The position numbers and the translations under genes were made by a program. The notes under the pieces are model-generated. The model was given only the letters and a program-made list of their open reading frames with translations. It ran no database searches and was not told the DNA's origin. DNA of 64,000 nucleotides from Octopus vulgaris (lineage: Eukaryota): assembly GCA_951406725.2 (NCBI GenBank), contig OX597823.1:70742001-70806000 (forward strand). Reading direction: 5' to 3'. This document shows positions 1-13,809 of the stretch, piece after piece; position 1 is the stretch's first letter; each line of letters opens with the position of its first letter.

Positions 1-335
1 TTGATGTGTACGAACAGGAAATTCAAGAACCTCTACAGATGCAGAGTGCGTTGCATCACACAGAGTCGTCCAGGATGATTCTACGTCGTCATTGATATCA
101 ACAGTGTTGAGTGCACTGTCCAGCTTGATAGAGAGCTCAGTCTGCTTTTCAACAGTTTTCAAAGACAGAACATTAATGCGCTTAGGCACTGATGACGTTT
201 GTAGTCTTGTGTGTTTCAGATGGAACGTATCCTTGCTACGGAGAAGAGAATGGTCAGAGAGATAGCAGGTGTTATGAAAAGAACGTGTAATATCTCGTTT
301 CTTAGTGATAACTTAGTCTATCGTTGCCCTGTCGG
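1..335 (-). mobile_element. RTE-like LINE remnant (end of AP endonuclease plus linker), truncated by the window edge
   Basis: Manual minus-strand translation gives CYLSDHSLLRSK (APE SDH motif), then KRINVLSLK...VESSWTTLCDATHSASVEVLEFPVRTHQ, resembling the RTE APE-RT linker. Confidence 0.65.
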
Positions 336-3300
336 ACTTCGAAACTTTTCAAATGTAAGCTTCTCCTTTTTCCTTCGCTAGACAAATTCTTTTTAACATA
401 GCAACGTAAATATTTTTATGAAAATGAAACTTTATGGTTCAAGTTTGGCGTACAAAATGCATGAAATCCCACCAATGGTTATATACACAGGCTCAAACAT
501 CAACGATACTTATAATGTATGTATATATGATTTTTATGAATATGAGTGCGCATGAGCATATGAATATGAATATGAGTGCGCATAAGATAATAACAGGATT
601 AATTAATCTATGTGGTGCACACACACTTTTGCAAAAATCCAGAGCCAATGCCAGAGAGTTAACAATTAAAGAAGTATTATAAGTTATCTCGCTTGATCTG
701 TTTGTTTATTGTGAAATCCCGCATATCTTGCGCAACCTCGTGTATTTCCAAACCTAAATGGAGAAGAGTACCAACATTCCCAAGTAGATCACTTGAATAA
801 TTGCGGCAAAATTTTCACATGAAACTATTGGTTATCTTGTTAATCCCCGAACAAAGAATATTTATCCTATGATGTCTTGCTGAGCACGCATTCTCACGGT
901 TCAATGCTAGTAGCAAGTATATATACAGACCGTTCATAAATTTGATTTACAACTTCCAAAATTTATTGCATTGTAACGTCTAGATGTGTTGTGTGCAACC
1001 AATGGAGCCTAAGTGAAACTAACTCTGCTGAGTTATGCTCATTTTTTAATCTTTTCTTAATTTTTTTATTGTAAAAGTAAATTATCGCCACTTTGTATAT
1101 ATTCAAATATATATATATAGGCATATATGTATATATAAATACACACATACACGCGCGCGCACGCACGGGGAGTTTTAGAACTTGTTATAAATTGGCTGAT
1201 GTGCTGTCACTGTGTTACAGGCAATGAATAGTTTTTGTTTCTTTGTTATGATATTATGAAATGAAATTATGAACTCTAAAATGATTATTTCAAAGCATGA
1301 TTATTTCACAGAATCATGTTGTTTGATTGAAATATCTGTCTAGCAAAAATACTCTAGGTTTTAAAGAGAAATTAATTCAATTGTGAATGTTTAACTGAAA
1401 CGCTTCTGTTTATAAATTTCCCATAAATACGAAAGATTTCAAATAATAATCAAAGTTCTTATCAGAAATTGACTTGTATAGAAATGTGTGAATCGAAACA
1501 TCCACTTGCTGTCAACGTTCATCACTCTAACATCTTCATCACACTGTGGCACATACATTTAACTGAACAATGTGATCTATTTTATTGTCTGTGTTCACGA
1601 TGGTCTCACTTTCCTCCAGAATGCAACCTATTATCACGAATGGCACAATACAAAATTCTATGCTACCAGTGCAAGGGTCCTGCTATCCTTCGGACAAGAC
1701 TCTTTCGCCTGTTCCGGTTTGTTAGCGAAACAAGTGCACAAAGTTCAGTGTGGCACTCACTTCATCGACTGATACTCCTCTCAGTGGTTTGTGCACATAT
1801 CGGAGTTTCCCCGTGCCTATATAATCCAAAGAAAAATCGCTATTGAGCTATTCTCGGTGGGTTCGGGCGGTATCTACTCTTTTGTTATCCCAAACATACA
1901 AGATATCTCTTCAATTCAACATGTTGACAAAAAAGGCCGCTTTGCTGCTGGTTTTTCACCGTCACAACTGATGCCATGTAGCCCCGAACACATGGTGGGT
2001 AATCTTTTTGTCGAATGTTGGAGACAAGTCACCGAGCTGGGAATCCAGAGAAGCATTAGAGAACATTATAATCGGGAGCTGCTGCCCACAAAGCAGAAGA
2101 GCAGATGATTAACTGCCAGCCATCAAAGGGGCTTCTCTTCCATGTTGATCGTTATTAAGATTTCCGACATCTGAGGACATTGAACTGTTCTCTCCCAAGT
2201 CAACATGGGGAGAATACTTCGCCCCTGAGGAAAGAACTCCGTCAGGTTGAGTGGATATCGATGACTGTTTTGAAGCAAAGTCTTTGCCATCTTGTTAGTG
2301 TGGCGTTTTTTTTTTATTTAGAAATAAAACATCTTATATATAAAAATGGAAATGGACAATATTTGATTACTGGATTTTAGGTATTACAGCCTATTATGTC
2401 GTTGGAATAACGAATAATAACACCTGGTTCTTTTCTTGTCTAGAAATATTCTCAAAATGCCATATTTCAACATTTCATTAAAGTATCATCTCTTATATTT
2501 AGCGCTTCTTACTATATATAAGTTTGTCTGTTGGATTTATTATGATTTAACACTTTATAAAATGTCATTGGTTACAAAATTATTAAGAGATGTTTGTAAC
2601 GAATGATATATGATTCATATATTTAATTTTAGATTTCTCTGATTTACTTTCAACACTGCATTTTATAGATTCGTTCAGATATCAATATTGAAGAAATAAA
2701 TGTCATTTAGGTTTATATAATTTCAAAGTTGGAAATATTTCACAGAAGTGAAACAAAAATGTTTCAACCGTTTATTGACTTCCTTTTTCTATGTTCAGAG
2801 TACATTTGCCTATAAAGCAACGCAAGCCAGATTAAAAATGTAAGCAATCACAATGGTTGTGTTGCATATGGAAAGAATTCTTTTATTATTAGTGAAATAG
2901 TATTTTCCGCCATTTTTAATTTATTGAATGCAGGCTTTTTATTAGTTAAGATGTAGACATTGACTAAATGGAAACAGTCAGAAACTATCCGATAAATATT
3001 AATAAAAGCAGAAAAAATGCACGCTAGTGAAATAAAAGGCACATAGACAGTAAGTCAATTCATTCACAGACCTCATTTCATGCAATGAATAAACTTCCAC
3101 AACTTAGAAATTGAAATGAACAACTTAATAAGCAGCAGTAAAATTGTGTAATAAAATTCGTATTTCTGTCAAGTAAGACCTAACTGAGATATGAACATAA
3201 AATATATATAATGAAGCCTTCAATAATAAAATCTAATGTGTTATGAAATTAAAGAGGTAAGTGAAATGATTGACGCATATATTCCATATAATGGTTTAAA

Positions 3301-3559
3301 CTATGAGTGGAAGGAGAAATGATTCCTACTAAGTTTATAGTAAAATTGTGAGAGAATGGATTATTAATCTCTCTCTTTCTGTGGTTTATCCTATTCCAAC
3401 GTTGCTAGCTACACTCTAGCTAAATATTTAGTAAGACTGTTCAAAAGTAGAGCTGCATTATCCACATTGACATGATTTCCAAAAGTCACAAGTACAACTT
3501 GCATTCACCCCTTAAAACCAAAATGCCGAGGCTAAAATGATAGTGTGTCAAACTCGTCA

Positions 3560-4200
3560 AAAGAACTTTTGGAAGATATAGGACTTGCTTCTAATATCAT
3601 GTATTTACTGGACAGGACCCCTCTATAGGATTAGAGTCTAAATCTACGAGCCAACAGAACATCTTATAAAATGAAAGCATTATCACTTCACTCAGAAGTA
3701 AACCACATGATATCTTATTACATATTCCTATATACACTGTTTGTGTATATAGGAGAGCATCTCATTTGGTTTATGGTAGGGTTTATAAAAGCAGGAGTTT
3801 AGATCTAGGGAAACATCTAAAAACCGACTTTGGACAGATTAGTGGTAACAGTGATTCTGGGGCCAAATTGACTAGAGGTGTCAATGTGTTTCTCCTAAAT
3901 TTATCGAGTGTATGACCAACATAGCCATGAGATATTCCCAACCCATCATCCAGGTATAGGCCAGTTTCGTATGATGTGAACTTGGATCTCAGTGTATTTA
4001 ATATAAAAAGACCTACAAGATTGCAGATGTTCGAACTGTATCCTATTGATACTGTATCCTATTGATTCATCTGTATCTGATTTTTTAACCCATGCTCATT
4101 AAATGAGGAATAATATATTGGCCAGCACATTTAAGCACAGATAAAGAGTCCTAGAAAACTCTGTTTTGTGCATCTGCAGGAAGAAATCGTTTCGTTTCAG
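3560..4200 (-). mobile_element. Decayed Penelope-like (Naiad-like) RT fragment
   Basis: Minus strand reads GLFILNTLRSKF...GLYLDDGLGIS and, after a frameshift, FLDVSLDLNSCFYKPYHKPNEMLSYIHK. The motifs match the element at 15.5-17.5 kb. Confidence 0.75.
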
Positions 4201-6213
4201 AATATAACTAAAAACCTAGACAAATTATTGAAATTCTTTTGCAATTGGTATAGCTGAAAGATTTAGTTTTATAGATTTGTCGCTGACAGTATTTAAGCTG
4301 GGAATATTAAAACAGTAAAATATAAAATGATTAATGACTAAAATAGTTTTCTTTCGCTGCATTTAGAGTTAAGATACACTAGAACCACTTATATTTTAGA
4401 AATTTGTGTAACTTATATTTGTTCCGTCATAATAATAAGTATAGACTACCAACTTACTCTTGCAATGAAGTGCACTATTTATATTATTGCTGCCTAAATG
4501 AATGAGAACCAAGGTCGATAGCCATTTCATATTTTTCAGAGAATCTTTTAGAACATATACGAAATCATACTTCTGCCTGAGTGTGCATGAACCATTTCTG
4601 AGATAGCTATAGCATTTGTGACGAATGTGATTATATGTTGCCTGCTGGTGCTGGACAAAGCAGAGAAAGTGGTGGTGTGGCTGTCAGAATCAATTATATA
4701 GATTACGGCTCAGGTTTTGTTTAATGAGTTTATATCCAGTTAATTATTGAAACTTACTTGATAAATTTGCAATATTTCGACTCGAAATCTAGAAATAAGA
4801 AACAACATGAAATGCATCATTTGTTCAGAAGCACCACTATCTTGGCAGCCAGGACTAGTTTGGTGTCGTATAGTCGTATAAGGAGAGGATATTGATATAG
4901 TAATAAAAGTGGGTATCGGTTACTGGATAATAACGAAATCTTCGGTGATAGTAGATGCTTTATTAAGGATAATATTGAGGATAGCATCGGAAATAAAGAG
5001 GTGGGTGGTAATTATAGTAGAGTAGAGGTCGTCAGTAATTCTGGTCTATATAGTAATGTGGAGGCGCAATATTAATGGCCATTAGTGTCTGTTTCTATCC
5101 TTCACAGATAATATATAATGCACATTAAAAGAGGTTTATTGCAGGTAGAATGCTTGTATCCAAAGCTGAAATGGTTTCAAATGAACCCATCAAGATTTTG
5201 ATGGTTATTTCTCTTATCTCTAATTAGAATTTTCAGGTAGTTTTAAACTATTGTAAGTAAAATTTAGCAAAAGAAATTTTCTCTGTTATGTTATAGGAAC
5301 ATATTCTGCTATTCTAAATAGTAGTACAACAATAGACTGATAGAATCTATTAAGTATCATTTATCGATTAAACGTAAAATGTTCAATCACTGTTGCTGTA
5401 TCATCCATTACCCTATATTTCTTGAAAAGATACTTACTCTCATAAGCCAACTCTACATATGCATGACAGGGATCTGCAAGTTAGTCAGAACAGAAAGATG
5501 ATCCAAGATTTGCTTGCAACGAAGGGTAAACAGGAATAACACCAGTGCATTACTTTGATTTACAAGCTACCCAAAGACATTCCACTCAACGCAACGTTAC
5601 GCTCTCAGACAAGTAAGCATTATATTACTAGCTACATTTACATAGACTATTCATTACATCGAGCTGTCTCATGTAACATACAGAACTTATTTCTTCGTAA
5701 GTCGACTGAAACATTTGTGACTTCAAACACCATCGATGTCCCTCAAACAACACTGCCAGTGTTCCGTATTCTTATTTGATCTGGTAATGAGCAAATAAGA
5801 AAGCTTATACCATTTTCAATCGATACACTATCTCAGAAGTGCTTAATGTACGCGCAATAACGTCAGATGTAGGTTCCCAACTGTATATTATTAAAAAAGT
5901 GCCACGGATGCAGCTGCACTCCCCATTCTTATGTTTCCCGGTTCGAGCCCACTATGAGGCTCATTGAACAAGTATTTTCTGCAATAAATTGTTCGAGACT
6001 AGCAGTAAGTGAGTTTAAATTTGTTTGTTCCTGATCTCACACTTGTATTTCCTCTATAACTATTTGAAGATGTGTTTATTCACCATGCTGGCTCTACCGG
6101 GTGCGTCTATTGGTCGCATCTATTGAGTCACATCATGTATTGTTAAACACTGAAACATACGTAACAGATGAAATAAAGGAGTACCCACTCAATGCCCATG
6201 TTGTTTTATTTTT

Positions 6214-6244
<31 letters not shown>

Positions 6245-6246
<2 letters not shown>

Positions 6247-6505
6247 CACCGTCACAGGCTATCAGATGTTGCTACACATCGCTGGTCACAATGCGCTTCG
6301 CATAGTTTTAGCCTTCAAATGACGCCACCCAGCTGGCTAAGCGAGCAGGCTAACAAAAGAGAAGAGTGAGAGAAAGTTGTGGTGAAAGAGTACAGCAGGG
6401 ATTACCACCACCCCTTGCCGGAGCCTCGTGAAGCTTTAGGTGTTTTCTCTCAATAAACACTCAACCGCGAGTCCGCTGTCCTAATCACTGGGCCATTGTG
6501 CCTCC
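6245..6505 (-). mobile_element. tRNA-derived SINE with RTE-LINE-like 3' tail
   Basis: Head GGAGGCACAATGGCCCAGTGATTAGG is A-box-like. The tail resembles the LINE 3' end at 19320-19380. Flanked by (TA)n. Confidence 0.75.
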
Positions 6506-6529
6506 ATATATATATATATATATATATAT

Positions 6530-6587
6530 GTGGTTAGGGCAGCGGACTCGCGGTTGTAGGATCGCGGTTTCGATTCTCAGACCGGAC
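6530..6587 (+). mobile_element. SINE head fragment, same family as 6245-6505, inverted
   Basis: GTGGTTAGGGCAGCGGACTCGCGGTTG...GGTTTCGATTC (A/B-box-like), complementary to 6464-6488. Confidence 0.65.
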
Positions 6588-6922
6588 CTCACACAAATTT
6601 GTTACCAGTTCAAATATGCTTGATGCATAATCGAACGTGTAAGAAAGCCATTCGTTGTATTTTGTCATGGAGAAATTTTCTCGCTGTAGACAGATAAGTG
6701 TAAGCACACCAAGCCAGTTCGCAACACTTCGTAATCAGAAAAGTGGAATCATGTATTCTGGAGTGGTTATCTCCTCCTCAGCGCCGGAGATCGGAAAAGA
6801 AGCGCCTGCGAACTGACAAGAGAGATAGGTCTCTCTCTTATCATATTCCCGTCATTGTACTATGACTGGTTGCTCTAATCAGTGGTTCACCGTAAATAAA
6901 ATAAAGTATAAAACCGTTAAGC

Positions 6923-7042
6923 AAAATTTTCTTTAGCTTGGGATTTTCGTTAATCTAGATTTTGTTACTTCAGCGGATTATTGTAAATCCACTGAAGTAA
7001 CGACATCCAGAATAACAAAAATCCCAAGCTAGTGGAAATTTT
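6923..7042. repeat. Imperfect ~55-bp-arm inverted repeat (MITE-like hairpin)
   Basis: TAGCTTGGGATTTT...GTTACTTCAGCGGATT pairs with AATCCACTGAAGTAAC...AAAATCCCAAGCTA. Confidence 0.75.
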
Positions 7043-8685
7043 GAAAATTGATTTGTGGCAGAGTAAATAAAACTGCCGAACATTCTCTAGTTTGTTTATA
7101 TTCGCTGCCAAATAAATTTTGTACATTTTGAAAATGCTTTATACTCGTTTTCTATTGAATAAAAATCAAAAGGCCAGGTAACCGATGGTAAAATGAGTTT
7201 GATTTACCGAGTTAAATTTGAAACTGAGAAATATGAATGACTGAGGGAATAATATGCATATGAATTCGAAAATTTAATATTAATTCAACATGTTCGTATC
7301 ACGTTTCGCCTCAGTTCATTGCCTCTGCACGTATAGGAGCTTGATGTAGAGGATTAAATCTGAGACAGAAATTTTTATGATCGACAGAATAATTAGCATA
7401 TGGATTGGGAAGTTGAATATTTGCGTGTGTGTATGTGTGTATATGTGTGTGTGTATGTGTGTATATGTGTGTGTGTATGTGTGTGTGTGAGATATAGTAG
7501 AAGATTTTAATCATCTTTACGAACAGGAAGCAGGAAAAGAAGAGAGTTGTCTCGATATACAAACAGTAACATAAAGAAGTGGTTGTTGAGAAACTGCTGG
7601 TTACAGATACTTATATAAATAAATTGAGAAAAAGAAAAAAAAAAAAGACATTACCGTCTGAGAACATTTGTTGATTCTTATGAAAAGATATGATTCTGAA
7701 TAAAACAATGTAAATTTTCATTCACACTGATATTTACATTGAGCCTATTTACATTAGTTACAGACTGAAATAATCGTTTTTTGAATTAAATGCAATCTTG
7801 GCATTTTGGGGTGCTGTGCGGTGCATAGAGACGGGTTTGGTTTGCTCGTACTTATTTCTACGAAATCTCGAATTCTATAGATATATAGGTGGAAAGAGAG
7901 ATCATTATTGATGCGACGAGAAACAAATCATTCCGATGGGTAGTTTAAAATCATGCTGAGGTAATTACATATTCCCCAAAACTTCTCATTTCTGTGGGAT
8001 TAAATCTTGATAGCTATCTTATGCCACACTGAATTTTATTTTTGAATTAGACAAGACACTATTTATGGCAGAGTGTTGAGAAAACAATTAGTTTTAATAC
8101 GTGGAACTGATGCCAGGATGTCTGCGAAGTGAATCAATACATTTATGAATTTCGTTTCATTGGTGAAGTCTGGATAAATATTAATACTTCTTAAATACTG
8201 GAGAGAAAATAGCATGATGTTCCAGGGAAGAACGATAATACATTATCATAGTAGCAACATCAGATATGTTGACATCATAAAAAAAGTTTAAATTAGGAAT
8301 AATCTTAGTGTATTCTCATTAAACCCAGTAAGAAATCAATTATAGACACCGTAATATAAACTCATAGTTTCTTTTATTTAACATGCAAAGTCAATAATTC
8401 TTTAAATAACACATTAAGCACCATACTAGGAGTGTTAAGATTTTTATACCATATAAAACAGCACAAAATCCTGAAACGTTGGCAAACTGAAATTCTGATG
8501 ACATTAATTTATTTTTCGACGAACAGAATACAGATACAGGTTGAGTGTTGACTGAGGATTATCAAAGAATAATTGATAGGAATGAGTGTAGAATTTGAAC
8601 CAAGAACCAATGAAAGTTAAAATTTTGGAACACCGAAGAACAAACAACATAAAAACCAAGAAGCGTATAAAGGTAGCTAATAGAG

Positions 8686-8913
8686 TTGTAAACACGCCAA
8701 CAGCGGTTGTCAAGCGGCGGTGGGGGTAAAACACAAATACAAAGAAACATACGCGCGTGCGTGCGCGCGCACACACACACACGCGCATACACACATACGA
8801 CAAAGCTCTGGTCAACCCGAGATTATACTAGAAGACACTTGCCTAAGTTGCCAAGCAGTGGGATTGAATCCAGAACCATGAGGTCGGGAAGCAAACTTCT
8901 TACCACACAGTCA
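8686..8913 (-). mobile_element. Partial SINE family A (GGCGCAGGAGTGGCTGTGTGGTAAGAAG head family)
   Basis: Similar to copies at 27680-28093, 38893-39185 and 63783-64000. Confidence 0.75.
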
Positions 8914-8914
8914 C

Positions 8915-8968
<54 letters not shown>

Positions 8969-9344
8969 ATATATATATAGACACATACACACGCACATAC
9001 ATACATACATGCATAGACACGCACACACACATACGGTGTGTGTGTGTGTGTGTGTGTTTGTATGTATATGCATATACATTTGGCGAAGGATAGGAGTGAG
9101 GATGTGTACGTTTTCAAGTGATGGTAGATGAATGTATAGCTTTAGGTGCACGCACATAGGTGTGCGGGCGCACATGTGTAGGTATGAACAGGCGCGCTTA
9201 CGCGAATACTATGTATTTTTGCTCACTTACTTTACTCCCTTACTTAGCTGTCATTCGAATAACTCTTTTGTCTTAATAACGGTCAATCACACAGTAATTT
9301 CCCTTTGTATAAAGGTCATTTTTCATAGCATTTTTCCGATGGCC

Positions 9345-9410
9345 GGATAACTGAAGAGATGGCAGCGTGGATTTCCACCTCGGCATCCGAAAATCGGAGT
9401 TTTATTATGA
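9345..9410 (+). ncRNA. Degenerate type I hammerhead-like motif in a solo PLE pseudo-LTR
   Basis: ATAA-CTGAAGA-(GATGGCAGCGTGG ATTT CCACCTCGGCATC hairpin)-CGAAA-ATCGGAG-TT-TTAT. The unit ends in (TA)n at ~9444. Confidence 0.55.
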
Positions 9411-9441
9411 CTACCGAATAATTGTCACATATTACATTTAC

Positions 9442-9443
<2 letters not shown>

Positions 9444-9520
<77 letters not shown>

Positions 9521-9720
9521 TGTATATATGTATGTATGTATGTTTGTATGTATGTATGTATGTATGTATGTATGTACGTATGTATGTATGAATGTATGTA
9601 TGTATGTATGTATGTATATGTGTATGTAGATATTTATAAATGTGCATATGTATATATGCGTGTATATACAGTTATATATAAATGTGCTTATGTATGTATG
9701 TGCGTATATACAGTTTATAA
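9444..9720. repeat. (TA)n / (TATG)n microsatellite
   Basis: Direct inspection. Confidence 0.95.
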
Positions 9721-9937
9721 ATTACTTTGACAATTTGAAAAAATTCTGAAAAATAAAATGAAAAATAAGGTTAACTTAGCAGAGTTTAATGGAATACATA
9801 TGTATGCTAAACATAGTCTTATTAGAAACATCAGAACATTTCCACGTGATTTCCATTGGTTGCACACAACACATCAATGGATCCCAACTTTAATAGAGAC
9901 AATAAATGGAAGTTGTAACTATAATTTATGAATACAC

Positions 9938-9975
<38 letters not shown>

Positions 9976-10583
9976 AATATATATATATGTATAGGTCTCA
10001 CTTTCATCCTATATTCTACCAATACCACTATCAACACTTACCTCTACCTTGGATTTTCTTTACCTCTTGGATTCTTACCATTGGCTGCACCTCTCTTTCG
10101 CGGATCAAAGTGACTTTGCATTGATGTGAAATCCTTAAAAAATATACCACGACGTCTACACATTTCTCACCTTGAACTTTCAACCTTGAACTTGTTCGCA
10201 TAAACTGTCCCGTTTGTTGTATTTTTATTTTATCTTATATTACCACTTTTTTTACATTCATTTCATGCTTCCCACATTTTCCTGAATTTTTGTTCTCCTT
10301 TCCGTCTTTCTTCCCTCTCTGGATGTCCATACTCCGTTTCCTCTGCCTGCACCCCCCTTTTTTTTGCCTCCCCCTCTCTCTGCTTCCCTTCTTTCTTTCC
10401 CTTTTCCGTTTGCCCCGTCTTTTCTGCCCCTATCGCTTACTTATCTAGTTTTTTCTTACGATTATTATTTTTTTGTTTTTTGAACGTTTGTTTTTTCCCC
10501 TTTTTTCGCTATCCCCTTTTTTTCTATTTTTTTCATACGATAATTTTTTGTTTTTTCGAACGTTTTTTTTCCGCTATCCCATC

Positions 10584-13490
10584 ATGCCGGATCCTAGGTC
10601 CTACCTCCTCACCCTCCATCACCGTTTGAAGGATCATCTACGTTCGCTTCCTGTATATTGCCTTCAGCCGTCCGTTAATCTCTCTCTACTTCTTTTTAAA
10701 AAAACCCGCTTCTCTAGCCATGTCTCTTTCCTAAGCCGCTGCCTACATCACCGACTCATCCCTAAAGGTTTCCGCCTCCACTTCCACCCTGCTCTCCACT
10801 CGGATTCTTCCATCTTACCCATACTCCGCACCACATCTTACCGCCTTATGCGGGCCACCATTCGCTCCAATCTCTCCAAACTACATGCCATCAACCGCCT
10901 TCTTCCTCCTGCTTTCTCCACCTTCTTCTCCTCTCTGCCGCCTCTCTATGCTCCAAACACGCTACGCTTCATTATCCATTTGAATCAACTCTTCCATCAA
11001 TTTCTTTCTGATACCAAACTTCGTAAACTCCAATCACTCTTCCATTCCACCCTACCCGACGCCACTACCCCAACTCCTCCACCACCCTTCTCCCCTCCCG
11101 ATAGGCTCCATCCACCCACCCTAACCCCACTGCCCCTCCCTACAACCCCTTCTCCCCTCCCGTTAGGCTCCATCCACCTACACCTAACCCTACTGCCCCG
11201 CCCAACCACCCCCCACACACCTCCCCAATCCCTCCCCCTCAGACCTCCACGAGACCTACCACCCCTCCTACTTCTATTCCACCCACCCCTTCTCCACTTC
11301 CGTCTGTTGTTACCATTCCCCCCGATCTTCCCCTCTCTGCGGCTGAACGCTCCGTCCTTGGTAGGGGTCTGCGTTTCATCCCCCTCACTCCATCCTGTAA
11401 GGAATTCCAGACGCGAGTTGATGTCCACAGCTTTGTGCGCCGTGTCCGGTTGGGTGCGCATTACCACGACTCGCCACCCACACCCAACGAAGAGGACGAC
11501 TGCTTCACTGGCCTGGGCCGCCGACCATCCCCGTGGACGCCTGCTCCTGGCCAGATCCTAGCAGTGGATCTTTTCGCGGGCGCTTGTCAGCGTGCATTGG
11601 AGCGGTTCAACTTCTCCAGGCGCCAACGCCGCCTCAACATCTCCCCGGCTGAGCTCTTGGCTCTTCGTTCCCTCCAACGGTGCGCTGACATTATCATCAA
11701 ACCGGCTGACAAGGGTGGAGCTGTAGTGGTGTGGCGCGCGGACCTCTATAGGGCCGAGGCTTTCCGCCAACTCAATGACACCTCCTTCTATTCCCCTCTG
11801 CCCTCTAACCCCACACGTAGCTACCAACAGACGGTATCCTCTACTGTCCAAGACCTCATCTCGTCCTCCCGTCTCCCCCGCACCGCATCCAACCTAATTG
11901 TGCGAACCCCACGTACCCCCACCATTTACTTCCTCCCCAAAATCCACAAACCCAACAACCCTGGCCGCCCCATCGTCTCCGCCTGTAACTGCCCCACGGA
12001 GCTCATCTCTAAATACCTCGACCGTGTCCTTGCCCCCTAGTGGCATCTCTTCCCTCCCACATCCACGATACCAACCATGCTCTCCGGCTTTTCAACTCTT
12101 TCTCCTTTCCTCCCGGCTCCTCCAAAATCCTTTTTACTATGGACATCCAAAGCCTCTATACTGTTATCCCTCACCACGAAGGACTGCAGGCCCTTCGACA
12201 CTTTCTTGACCTCCGCTCTAACCCTGTACCTGACACCTCCACACTCATTCGTCTGGCCGAACTTGTCCTTACTCTGAACTGCTTCTCGTTCGCGGGCGAG
12301 TTCTACCATCAGGTCTCGGGAGTGGCCATGGGAACGCGAATGGGCCCCAACTATGCGAACCTGTTCGTTGGCTATGTTGAGGCCCAAATATTCTCTAATT
12401 TCACTGGTCCCACTCCTGAACTATATGGTCGTTATATTGACGACATTATCGGTGCCACCTCACTCTCCCGCGAACATCTAGATTCCTTCCTCTCTTTCGT
12501 CCAATCTTTCCATCCAGCCCTCCACTTCACTTCCACTATCTCCAACACCTCTGTCTCCTTCCTCGACATTTCGGTTAGCATTCTTCACTCCACTCTTACC
12601 ACCTCCATTCACTACAAACACACAGACTCACACTCATACCTCAACTTCTCTTCCTCCCACCCAGAACACACCAAGCTTTCCATCCCCTATTCCCAATTCC
12701 TCCGTCTACGTAGGCTCTGTAGTGACGACCATGACTTTGAGACTCAGTCTCAACGTATGGCTCACCACTTCACCCTACGTGGATACCCCCTCACCACTAT
12801 CCACACCGCCCTTGCCAGAGCACGGTCCGTGGACCGTGTATCTGCTCTCTCTCCCCGAACCCGCCCTGTAGTCTCCCGCCTCCCTTTTCCCCTCACTTAC
12901 CACCCCACGACCCTACGTCTCCAACGCACCATTCTTCGAGCTTTCCGTCATCTCCAGTCCGACCCGTCCACTTCACACCTCTTCCCTAACCGACCCCTCC
13001 CCTCTTTCAAACGAGCCCACAACCTTCGAGACCTTTTGGTCCATAGCTCCTTCCCTGACCCTACCTCCCAACCCGGCTCGTTCCCCTGCTCCCGCCCACG
13101 TTGCCGCACTTGCCCTTACCTCTCCAACACCACCCGCCTCACTAGCACCCACCATCGACCCTATCCCATCATCCACTCCTTCACCTGCACCTCCAGCAAT
13201 ATTATCTATTGCATCTCTTGCTCTCTCTGCAATTCCTTGTATATCGGACAAACGGGACGCCGCTTGGCTGACCGGTTCGCGGAACACCTTCGTGACATCC
13301 ACCTTGCGAACGACACACCGGTCTCACGCCATTTCCGCTCCACCGGTCACTCCTTGCAACACCTATCTGTGTTCGGTTTGTCCTTACACAGAGGCCATCC
13401 GGATTCCCGTTTGCGCCGTGAACAGGAATTAATCTTCTCTCTTCGCTCTTATACGCCATTTGGTCTCAACTCTCCCCCCTCCTCATCTAA
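10584..13490 (+). CDS. PLE polyprotein, ~970 aa when reconstructed: N-terminal domain, RT, Cys linker, GIY-YIG endonuclease; -1 shifts at ~11120 and ~12037, probably also ~13477
   Basis: ATG at 10584. Motifs FLSRCLHHRLIPKGF, LSAAERSVLGRGLRFIP, IKPADKGGAVVVW, LPKIHKPNNPGRPIVS, GVAMGTRMGPNYANLF, RYIDD, CSRPRCRTC, NIIYCISC..YIGQTGRRL..RF.EH, GLN. Confidence 0.9.
11085..11205 (+). repeat. Two ~60-bp tandem copies encoding a Pro-rich linker in the PLE ORF
   Basis: CCCTTCTCCCCTCCCG(A/T)TAGGCTCCATCCACC... occurs twice. Copy 1 is one base short, which locates the first frameshift. Confidence 0.85.
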
Positions 13491-13809
13491 CCCCCCTCTC
13501 CCCCCTCCTCACCTATCCTTTCTTCCCCCGACCCCTACTTCTACAGTCCTTCATCCTTTCACCCCTACTCCCCTTCCCTTCTTCCCTCTTTCTCCCTCCC
13601 TCTTCCCCTTCCCTCTGCTCCCTCACTCCCTCTCTCCCTCTTTCCTCCTTCATCCCCCTCCTCCCCTTCCTTCTCCCCCATCCTCTCCTCTTCCCCCTTC
13701 TCCTCCCCCTCTTCTTCCCCTCGCCTTCTCTCCCCCTCTTCTCCCCTCCCCCTCTTCTCCTCACTACACCACATGACTTTACACATCACATCACATATGA
13801 TGTGCCATA

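Noticed and set aside
1469-2300. Coding-like region with overlapping short ORFs
   Set aside because: Probably a decayed transposase, but I could not assign any motif with confidence.
11115-11192. Telomere-like CCTAACCC motifs in the PLE linker
   Set aside because: Only two isolated copies, explained by Pro-Asn-Pro codons in a tandem repeat.
13491-13776. Pro/Leu/Ser-rich C-terminal extension of the 578-aa ORF
   Set aside because: Read-through into a pyrimidine-rich 3' UTR. The paralog stops just after GLN.
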